Positions 1 to 12,000 of a stretch of 64,000 nucleotides of DNA are shown in pieces. A model generated the notes under the pieces. The model did no database searches. It saw only the letters and a list, made by a program, of their open reading frames with translations, and had not been told where the DNA came from. This DNA is from the human T2T-CHM13v2.0 reference genome, Homo sapiens: NCBI RefSeq assembly GCF_009914755.1, contig NC_060945.1; one strand, given 5' to 3'. Every line of letters begins with the position of its first letter. Positions within the stretch are counted from its first letter, which is position 1. Position numbers and translations under genes: made by a program.

Positions 1-3000
1 ATATATCTGCACTGATCTCCCAGGTGCTGTAACTTTAGTCTAGGCTCTGGCTAAACGGCATTGTGACATATCACTGCACTGATCACCCAGGTGATATAAA
101 TCTTGTCTAGGCTCTGCCTACAATGGCCTTGTGACATATCTCTGCACTGATCCCCAGGTGATATAACTCTTCTCTAGGATCTGACCACAGGGTGCTTTGT
201 GGCATTTCCCTGCAATGATCACCCAGGTGATATACCACTTGCCAAGGCTCTGCCTACAGGGGCATTGCAATGTATCTCTGCACTGATCACCTCGGTCTTG
301 TAACTCTTTTCTAGGATCTGCCCACAGGGTGCCTTGTGACGTATCCCAGCAAGGATTACCCAGGTGATGTACCTCTCATCAAGGCTCTGCCTACAGGCAC
401 ATTGCGATGTATCTCTGCACTGATCACCTAGGTCATGTAACTTTTGTCTAGGCTCTGCCTACGATGGCATTGTGACATATCTCTGCACTAATCATCCAAG
501 TGATGTAACCCTTGTCTAGGATCTGCCTAAATTAACTTTGTGACATAACCCTGTACTGATCATCCAGGTGATGGGGCTTTTGTCTAGGCTCTGCCTAAGG
601 GGGCATTGTGCATATTTCTGCATTGATCACCCAGGTGGCGAACCCTTCTCTTGGATCTGCCTATGGGGGAATTGTGACAAATCTCTGCACTGATCACCCA
701 GGTGATGTAACTGTTGTGTAACCTCTGCCTACAGGGGAATTGTGAGAGATCTCGCCACTGATCACCCAAGTGATGTAACCATTGTCTAGGCTTTGCGTAC
801 AGGGGGCTTTGTGACATACCTTTGCACTGATCACCCAGGTGATGTAACACATCTAAGTTCGGCCTAAAGGAGCTTTGTGACATATCTGTGCACTGATCAC
901 TTAGGTGATGGAACACTTTTATAAGCACTGCCTACAGGGAATTTTGACAAATCTCTGCACTGATCACTTAGGTGATGTAACGCTTGTCTACCCTCTGTCC
1001 AACGGGGCATTGTGAAATATCTCTGCACTGATCACCCAGGTGATTCAACTCTTGACTAGGATCTGCCTACAGAGGTTATTGTGAAATATCTCTGCACTGA
1101 TAAACTAGGTGGTGTAATCCTTATCGAAGCTCTGCCTACAGGGGCGTTTTCACATATCCCTGAAGTGATGACAAAGGTGATGTAACTCTTGCCTAGGCTT
1201 TGCCTACAGGGGACATAGGACATATATCTGCACTGATCACCCAGGTGATGCAACTCTAGCCTAGGCTTTGCCTACAGGGGACATTGTGACATATCGCTTC
1301 AATGATCACCCATGTGATGCAACTCTTGCCTAGGCTTTGCCTACAGGGGACATTGTGACATATCTCTGCACTGATCTCCCAGGTGCTGTAACATTAGTCT
1401 AGACTCTGGCTACACGGCATTGTGACATATCACTGCACTGATCAACCAGGTGATATAACTCTAGTCTAGGCTCTGCCTCCAGGGGGCTTGTGACATATCT
1501 CTGCACAGATCACCTAGGTGATATAACTCTTCTCTAGGATCTGCCTACAGGGTGCTTTGCGACATATCCCTGCAATGATCACCCAGGTGATCTAACTCTT
1601 GTTTAAGCTCTGCCTAAAGGGGCCTTGTGACAGATCTCTGTACTGATCACTCAGGTGATGTAACTATTGTCTAGGCTCTGCTTAAAGGGGCCTTGTCACA
1701 TACCACTGCACTGATCACCCAGGTGATGTAACTCTTGTCTAGCCTCTGCTTTCACGGCATATTGTGACATATCTATGCGCTGATCACCTTAGTGATGTAA
1801 CACTTGTGTAGGCTCGGCCTACAGGGGAATATTGACATATCTCTGCACTGTTAACCGAGGTGATTTAACTCTTGTCTAGGCTGTGCCCACAGGGGGATTG
1901 AGACATGTCTCTGCACTGATCCCGAGGTGATCCAACTGTTGCCTGGTCTCTGCCTACTGGGGACATTGTGACATATCTCTGCACTGATCTCCCAGGTGCT
2001 GTAACTTTAGTCTAGGCTCTGGTTACAAGGCATTGTGACATATCACTGCACTGATCACCCAGGTGATATAAATCTTGTCTAGGCTCTGCCTACAATGGCC
2101 TTGTGACATATCTCTACACTGATCACCCAGGTGATATAACTCTTCTCTAGGATCTGACCACAGGGTGCTTTGTGGCATTTCCCTGCAATGATCACCCAGG
2201 TGATATACCACTTGCCAAGGCTCTGCCTACAGGGGCATTGCAATGTATCTCTGCACTGATCACCTCGGTCTTGTAACTCTTTTCTAGGATCTGCCCATTG
2301 GGTGCCTTGTGACGTGTCCCAGCAAGGATTACCCAGGTGATGTACCTCTCATCAAGGCTCTGCCTACAGGCACATTGCGATGTATCTCTGCACTGATCAC
2401 CTAGGTCATGTAACTTTTGTCTAGGCTCTGCCTACGATGGCATTGTGACATATCTCTGCACTAATCATCCAAGTGATGTAACCCTTGTCTAGGATCTGCC
2501 TAAATTAACTTTGTGACATAACCCTGTACTGATCATCCAGGTGATGGGGCTTTTGTCTAGGCTCTGCCTAAGGGGGCATTGTGACATATTTCTGCATTGA
2601 TCACCAAGGTGGCGAACTCTTCTCTTGGATCTGCCTATGGGGGCATTGTGACAAATCTCTGCACTCATCACCCAGGTGATGTAACTGTTGTGTAACCTCT
2701 GCCTACAGGGGAATTGTGAGAGATCTCTCCACTGATCACCCAAGTGATGTAACCATTGTCTAGGCTTTGCGTACAGGGGGCTTTGTGACATACGTTTGCA
2801 CTGATCTCCCAGGTGATGTAACACATCTAAGTTCGGCCTAAAGGAGCTTTGTGACATATCTGTGCACTGATCACTTAGGTGATGGAACACTTTTATAAGC
2901 ACTGCCTACAGGGAATTTTGACAAATCTCTGCACTGATCACCTAGGTGATGTAACGCTTGTCTACCCTCTGTCCAACGGGGCATTGTGAAATATCTCTGC

Positions 3001-6000
3001 ACTGATCACCCAGGTGATTCAACTCTTGACTAGGATCTGCCTACAGAGGTTATTGTGAAATATCTCTGCACTGATAAACTAGGTGGTGTAATCCTTATCG
3101 AAGCTCTGCCTACAGGGGCGTTTTCACATATCCCTGAAGTGATGACAAAGGTGATGTATCTCTTGCCTAGGCTTTGCCTACAGGGGACATAGGACATATA
3201 TCTGCCCTGATCACCCAGGTGATGCAACTCTAGCCTAGGCTTTGCCTACAGGGGACATTGTGACATATCGCTTCAATGATCACCCATGTGATGCAACTCT
3301 TGCCTAGGCTTTGCTACAGGGGACATTGTGACATATCTCTGCACTGATCTCCCAGGTGGTGTAACATTAGTCTAGACTCTGGCTACACGGCATTGTGACA
3401 TATCACTGCACTGATCAACCAGGTGATATAACTCTTGTCTAGGCCCTGCCTACAGGGGGTTTCTGACATATCTCTGCACTGATCACCCAGGTGATATAAC
3501 TCTTCTCTGGGATCTGCCTACAGGGTGCTTTGCGACATATCCCTGAAATGATCACCCAGGTGATCTAACTCTTGCTTATGCTCTGCCTAAAGGGGCCTTG
3601 TGACAGATATCTGCACTGATCACTCAGGTGATGTAACTATTTTCTAGCCTCTGCTTAAAGGGGCCTTGTCACATACCTCTGCACTGATCACCCAGGTGAT
3701 GTAACTCTTGTCTAGCCTCTGCTTTCATGGCATCTTGTGACATATCTATGCGCTGATCACCTTAGTGATGAAACACTTGTGTAGGCTCGGCCTACAGGGG
3801 AATATTGACATATCTCTGCACTGTTAACCGAGGTGATTTAACTCTTCTCTAGGCTGTGCCCACAGGGGGATTGAGACATGTCTCTGCACTGATCCCGAGG
3901 TGATCCAACTGTTGCCTGGTCTCTGCCTACTGGGGACATTGTGACATATCTCTGCACTGATCTCCCAGGTGCTGTAACTTTAGTCTAGGCTCTGGCTACA
4001 CGGCATTGTGACATATCACTGCACTGATCACCCAGGTGATATAAATCTTGTCTAGGCTCTGCCTACAATGGCCTTGTGACATATCTCTGCACTGATCACC
4101 CAGGTGATATAACTCTTCTCTAGGATCTTACCACAGGGTGCTTTGTGGCATTTCCCTGCAATGATCACCCAGGTGATATACCACTTGCCAAGGCTCTCAC
4201 TACAGGGGCATTGCAATGTATCTCTGCACTGATCACCTCGGTCTTGTAACTCTTTTCTAGGATCTGCCCACAGGGTGCCTTGTGACGTATCCCAGCAAAG
4301 ATTACCCAGGTGATGTACCTCTCATCAAGGCTCTGCCTACAGGCACATGGCGATGTATCTCTGCACTGATCACCTAGGTCATGTAACTTTTGTCTAGGCT
4401 CTGCCTACGATGGCATTGTGACATATCTCTGCACTAATCATCCAAGTGATGTAACCCTTGTCTAGGATCTGCCTAAATTAACTTTGTGACATAACCCTGT
4501 ACTGATCATCCAGGTGATGGGGCTTTTGTCTAGGCTCTGCCTAAGGGGGCATTGTGACATATTTCTGCATTGATCACCCAGGTGGCGAACTCTTCTCTTG
4601 GATCTGCCTATGGGGGCATTGTGACAAATCTCTGCACTGATCACCCAGGTGATGTAACTGTTGTGTAACCTCTGCCTACAGGGGAATTGTGAGAGATCTC
4701 GCCACTGATCACCCAAGTGATGTAACCATTGTCTAGGCTTTGCGTACAGGGGGCTTTGTGACATACCTTTGCACTGATCACCCAGGTGATGTAACACATC
4801 TAAGTTCGGCCTAAAGGAGCTTTGTGACATATCTGTGCACTGATCACTTAGGTGATGGAACACTTTTATAAGCACTGCCTACAGGGAATTTTGACAAATC
4901 TCTGCACTGATCACCTAGGTGATGTAACGCTTGTCTACCCTCTGTCCAACGGGGCATTGTGAAATATCTCTGCACTGATCACCCAGGTGATTCAACTCTT
5001 GACTAGGATCTGCCTACAGAGGTTATTGTGAAATATCTCTGCACTGATAAACTAGGTGGTGTAATCCTTATCGAAGCTCTGCCTACAGGGGCGTTTTCAC
5101 ATATCGCTGAAGTGATGACAAAGGTGATGTAACTCTTGCCTAGGCTTTGCCTACAGGGGACATAGGACATATATCTGCACTGATCACCCAGGTGATGCAA
5201 CTCTAGCCTAGGCTTTGCCTACAGGGGACATTGTGACATATCGCTTCAATGATCACCCATGTGATGCAACTCTTGCCTAGGCTTTGCCTACAGGGGACAT
5301 TGTGACATATCTCTACACTGATCTCCCAGGTGCTGTAACATTAGTCTAGACTCTGGCTACACGGCATTGTGACATATCACTGCACTGATCAACCAGGTGA
5401 TATAACTCTTGTCTAGGCCCTGCCTACAGGGGGCTTGTGACATATCTCTGCACTGATCACCCAGGTGATATAACTCTTCTCTGGGATCTGCCTACAGGGT
5501 GCTTTGCGACATATCCCTGAAATGATCACCCAGGTGATCTAACTCTTGCTTATGCTCTGCCTAAAGGGGCCTTGTGACAGATATCTGCACTGATCACTCA
5601 GGTGATGTAACTATTTTCTAGCCTCTGCTTAAAGGGGCCTTGTCACATACCTCTGCACTGATCACCCAGGTGATGTAACTCTTGTCTAGCCTCTGCTTTC
5701 ATGGCATCTTGTGACATATCTATGCGCTGATCACCTTAGTGATGAAACACTTGTGTAGGCTCGGCCTACAGGGGAATATTGACATATCTCTGCACTGTTA
5801 ACCGAGGTGATTTAACTCTTCTCTAGGCTGTGCCCACAGGGGGATTGAGACATGTCTCTGCACTGATCCCGAGGTGATCCAACTGTTGCCTGGTCTCTGC
5901 CTACTGGGGACATTGTGACATATCTCTGCACTGATCTCCCAGGTGCTGTAACTTTAGTCTAGGCTCTGGCTACACGGCATTGTGACATATCACTGCACTG

Positions 6001-9000
6001 ATCACCCAGGTGATATAAATCTTGTCTAGGCTCTGCCTACAATGGCCTTGTGACATATCTCTGCACTGATCACCCAGGTGATATAACTCTTCTCTAGGAT
6101 CTTACCACAGGGTGCTTTGTGGCATTTCCCTGCAATGATCACCCAGGTGATATACCACTTGCCAAGGCTCTCACTACAGGGGCATTGCAATGTATCTCTG
6201 CACTGATCACCTCGGTCTTGTAACTCTTTTCTAGGATCTGCCCACAGGGTGCCTTGTGACGTATCCCAGCAAAGATTACCCAGGTGATGTACCTCTCATC
6301 AAGGCTCTGCCTACAGGCACATGGCGATGTATCTCTGCACTGATCACCTAGGTCATGTAACTTTTGTCTAGGCTCTGCCTACGATGGCATTGTGACATAT
6401 CTCTGCACTAATCATCCAAGTGATGTAACCCTTGTCTAGGATCTGCCTAAATTAACTTTGTGACATAACCCTGTACTGATCATCCAGGTGATGGGGCTTT
6501 TGTCTAGGCTCTGCCTAAGGGGGCATTGTGACATATTTCTGCATTGATCACCCAGGTGGCGAACTCTTCTCTTGGATCTGCCTATGGGGGCATTGTGACA
6601 AATCTCTGCACTGATCACCCAGGTGATGTAACTGTTGTGTAACCTCTGCCTACAGGGGAATTGTGAGAGATCTCGCCACTGATCACCCAAGTGATGTAAC
6701 CATTGTCTAGGCTTTGCGTACAGGGGGCTTTGTGACATACCTTTGCACTGATCACCCAGGTGATGTAACACATCTAAGTTCGGCCTAAAGGAGCTTTGTG
6801 ACATATCTGTGCACTGATCACTTAGGTGATGGAACACTTTTATAAGCACTGCCTACAGGGAATTTTGACAAAACTCTGCACTGATCACCTAGGTGATGTA
6901 ACGCTTGTCTACCCTCTGTCCAACGGGGCATTGTGAAATATCTCTGCACTGATCACCCAGGTGATTCAACTCTTGACTAGGATCTGCCTACAGAGGTTAT
7001 TGTGAAATATCTCTGCACTGATAAACTAGGTGGTGTAATCCTTATCGAAGCTCTGCCTACAGGGGCGTTTTCACATATCTCTGAAGTGATGACAAAGGTG
7101 ATGTAACTCTTGCCTAGGCTTTGCCTACAGGGGACATAGGACATATATCTGCACTGATCACCCAGGTGATGCAACTCTAGCCTAGGCTTTGCCTACAGGG
7201 GACATTGTGACATATCGCTTCAATGATCACCCAGGTGATGCAACTCTTGCCTAGGCTTTGCTACAGGGGACATTGTGACATATCTCTGCACTGATCTCCC
7301 AGGTGCTGTAACATTAGTGTAGACTCTGGCTACACGGCATTGTGACATATCACTGCACTGATCAACCAGGTGATATAACTCTTGTCTAGGCCCTGCCTAT
7401 AGGGGGCTTCTGACATATCTCTGCACTGATCACCCAGGTGATATAACTCTTCTCTGGGATCTGCCTACAGGGTGCTTTGCGACATATCCCTGCAATGATC
7501 ACCCAGGTGATCTAACTCTTGCTTATGCTCTGCCTAAAGGGGCCTTTTGACAGATATCTGCACTGATCACTCAGGTGATGTAACTATTTTCTAGGCTCTG
7601 CTTAAAGGGGCCTTGTCACATACCTCTGCACTGATCACCCAGGTGATGTAACTCTTGTCTAGCCTCTGCTTTCACTGCATATTGTGACATATCTATGCGC
7701 TGACCACCTTAGTGATGAAACACTTGTGTAGGCTCGGCCTACAGGGGAATATTGACATATCTCTGCACTGTTAACCGAGGTGATTTAACTCTTGTCTAGG
7801 CTGTGCCCACAGGGGGATTGAGACATGTCTCTGCACTGATCCCGAGGTGATCCAACTGTTGCCTGGTCTCTGCCTACAGGGGACATTGTGACATATCTCT
7901 GCACTGATCTCCCAGGTGCTGTAACTTTAGTCTAGGCTCTGGCTACACGGCATTGTGACATATCACTGCACTGATCTCCCAGGTGATATAAATCTTGTCT
8001 AGGCTCTGCCTACAATGGCCTTGTGACATATCTCTGCACTGATCACCCAGGTGATATAACTCTTCTCTAGGATCTGACCACAGGGTGCTTTGTGGCATTT
8101 CCCTGTAATGATCACCCAGGTGATATACCACTTGACAAGGCTCTGCCTACAGGGGCATTGCAATGTATCTCTGCACTGATCACCTCGGTCTTGTAACTCT
8201 TTTCTAGGATCTGCCCATTGGGTGCCTTGTGACGTGTCCCAGCAAGGATTACCCAGGTGATGTACCTCTCATCAAGGCTCTGCCTACAGGCACATTGCGA
8301 TGTATCTCTGCACTGATCACCTAGGTCATGTAACTTTTGTCTAGGTTCTGCCTACGATGGCATTGTGACATATCTCTGCACTAATCATCCAAGTGATGTA
8401 ACCCTTGTCTAGGATCTGCCTAAATTAACTATGTGACATAACCCTGTACTGATCATCCAGGTGATGGGGCTTTTGTCTAGGCTCTGCCTAAGGGGGCATT
8501 GTGACATATTTCTGCATTGATCACCAAGGTGGCGAACTCTTCTCTTGGATCTGCCTATGGGGGCATTGTGACAAATCTCTGCACTGATCACCCAGGTGAT
8601 GTAACTGTTGTGTAACCTGTGCCTACAGGGGAATTGTGAGAGATCTCTCCACTGATCACCCAAGTGATGTAACCATTGTCTAGGCTTTGCGTACAGGGGG
8701 CTTTGTGACATACGTTTGCACTGATCACCCAGGTGATGTAACACATCTAAGTTCGGCCTAAAGGAGCTTTGTGACATATCTGTGCACTGATCACTTAGGT
8801 GATGGAACACTTTTATAAGCACTGCCTACAGGGAATTTTGACAAATCTCTGCACTGATCACCTAGGTGATGTAACGCTTTTCTACCCTCTGTCCAACGGG
8901 ACATTGTGAAATATCTCTGCACTGATCACCCAGGTGATTCAACTCTTGACTAGGATCTGCCTACAGAGGTTATTGTGAAATATCTCTGCACTGATAAACT

Positions 9001-12000
9001 AGGTGGTGTAATCCTTATCGAAGCTCTGCCTACAGGGGCGTTTTCACATATCCCTGAAGTGATGACAAAGGTGATGTAACTCTTGCCTAGGCTTTGCCTA
9101 CAGGGGACATAGGACATATATCTGCACTGATCACCCAGGTGATGCAACTCTAGCCTAGGCTTTGCCTACAGGGGACATTGTGACATATCGCTTCAATGAT
9201 CACCCATGTGATGCAACTCTTGCCTAGGCTTTGCCTACAGGGGACATTGTGACATATCTCTGCACTGATCTCCCAGGTGCTGTAACATAATTCTAGACAC
9301 TGGCTACACGGCATTGTGACATATCACTGCACTGATCAACCAGGTGATATAACTCTTGTCTAGGCCCTGCCTACAGGGGGCTTGTGACATATCTCTGCAC
9401 TGATCACCCAGGTGATATAACTCTTCTCTAGGATCTGCCTACAGGGTGCTTTGCGACATATCCCTGCAATGATCACCCAGGTGATCTAACTCTTGTTTAA
9501 GCTCTGCCTAAAGGGGCCTTGTGACAGATCTCTGTACTGATCACTCAGGTGATGTAACTATTGTCTAGGCTCTGCTTAAAGGGGCCTTGTCACATACCAC
9601 TGCACTGATCACCCAGGTGATGTAACTCTTGTCTAGCCTCTGCTTTCACGGCATATTGTGACATATCTAAGCGCTGATCACCTTAGTGATGTAACACTTG
9701 TGTAGGCTCGGCCTACAGGGGAATATTGACATATCTCTGCACTGTTAACCGATGTGATTTAACTCTTGTCTAGGCTGTGCCCACAGGGGGATTGAGACAT
9801 GTCTCTGCACTGATCCCGAGGTGATCCAACTGTTGCCTGGTCTCTGCCTACTGGGGACATTGTGACATATCTCTGCACTGATCTCCCAGGTGCTGTAACT
9901 TTAGTCTAGGCTCTGGTTACACGGCATTGTGACATATCACTGCACTGATCACCCAGGTGATATAAATCTTGTCTAGGCTCTGCCTACAATGGCCTTGTGA
10001 CATATCTCTTTACTGATCACCCACGTGATATAACTCTTCTCTAGGATCTGACCACAGGGTGCTTTGTGGCATTTCCCTGCAATGATCACCCAGGTGATAT
10101 ACCACTTGCCAAGGCTCTGCCTACAGGGGCATTGCAATGTATCTCTGCATTGATCACCTCGGTCTTGTAACTCTTTTCTAGGATCTGCCCACAAGGTGCC
10201 TTGTGACATATCCCAGCAAGGATTACCCAGGTGATTTACCTCTCATCAAGGCTCTGCCTACAGGCACATGGCGATGTATCTCTGCACTGATCACCTAGGT
10301 CATGTAACTTTTGTCTAGGCTCCGCCTACGATGGCATTGTGACATATCTCTGCACTAATCATCCAAGTGATGTAACCCTTGTCTAGGATCTGCCTAAATT
10401 AAGTTTGTGACATAACCCTGTACTGATCATCCAGGTGATGGGGCTTTTGTCTAGGCTCTGCCTAAGGGGGCATTGTGACATATTTCTGCATTGATCCACC
10501 AGGTGGCGAACTCTTCTCTTGGATCTGCCTATGGGGGCATTGTGACAAATCTCTGCACTGATCACCCATGTGATGTAACTGCTGTGTAACCTCTGCCTAC
10601 AGGGGAATTGGGAGAGATCTCGCCACTGATCACCCAAGTGATGTAACCATTGTCTAGGCTTTGCGTACAGGGGACTTTGTGACATACCTTTGCACTGTTC
10701 ACCCAGGTGATGTAACACATCTAAGTTCGGCCTAAAGGAGCTTTGTGACATATCTGTGCACTGATCACTTAGGTGATGGAACACTTTTATAAGCACTGCC
10801 TACAGGGAATTTTGACAAATCTCTGCACTGATCACCTAGGTGATGTAACGCTTGTCTACCCTCTGTCCAACGGGGCATTGTGAAATATCTCTGCACTGAT
10901 CACCCAGGTGATTCAACTCTTGACTAGGATCTGCATACAGAGGTTATTGTGAAATATCTCTGCACTGATAAACTAGGTGGTGTAATCCTTATCGAAGCTC
11001 TGCCTACAGGGGCGTTTTCACATATCCCTGAAGTGATGACAAAGGTGATGTAACTCTTGCCTAGGCTTTGCCTACAGGGGACATAGGACATATATCTGCA
11101 CTGATCACCCAGGTGATGCAACTCTAGCCTAGGCTTTGCCTACAGGGGACATTGTGACATATCGCTTCAATGATCACCCAGGTGATGCAACTCTTGCCTA
11201 GGCTTTGCCTACAGGGGACATTGTGACATATCTCTGCACTGATCTCCCAGGTGCTGTAACATTAGTGTAGACTCTGGCTACACGGCATTGTGACATATCA
11301 CTGCACTGATCAACCAGGTGATATAACTCTTGTCTAGGCCCTGCCTACAGGGGGCTTCTGACATATCTCTGCACTGATCACCCAGGTGATATAACTCTTC
11401 TCTGGGATCTGCCTACAGGGTGCTTTGCGACATATCCCTGCAATGATCACCCAGGTGATCTAACTCTTGCTTATGCTCTGCCTAAAGGGGCCTTTTGACA
11501 GATATCTGCACTGATCACTCAGGTGATGTAACTATTTTCTAGGCTCTGCTTAAAGGGGCCTTGTCACATACCTCTGCACTGATCACCCAGGTGATGTAAC
11601 TCTTGTCTAGCCTCTGCTTTCACTGCATATTGTGACATATCTATGCGCTGACCACCTTAGTGATGAAACACTTGTGTAGGCTCGGCCTACAGGGGAATAT
11701 TGACATATCTCTGCACTGTTAACCGAGGTGATTTAACTCTTGTCTAGGCTGTGCCCACAGGGGGATTGAGACATGTCTCTGCACTGATCCCGAGGTGATC
11801 CAACTGTTGCCTGGTCTCTGCCTACAGGGGACATTGTGACATATCTCTGCACTGATCTCCCAGGTGCTGTAACTTTAGTCTAGGCTCTGTTTACACGGCA
11901 TTGTGACATATCACTGCACTGATCTCCCAGGTGATATAAATCTTGTCTAGGCTCTGCCTACAATGGCCTTGTGACATATCTCTGCACTGATCACCCAGGT

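Noticed and set aside
1200-1354. G-quadruplex potential from GGGG/GGGGG runs
   Set aside because: There is typically only one G-run per monomer, about 68 bp apart, which is too sparse for a canonical intramolecular G4.
2937-2950. Resemblance of CACCTAGGTG to the T-box palindromic site, and of CAG|GTGAT to a splice donor
   Set aside because: It lacks the TCACAC/GTGTGA flanks of the T-box site and the +5 G of the donor consensus. There is no gene context and the matches are short.
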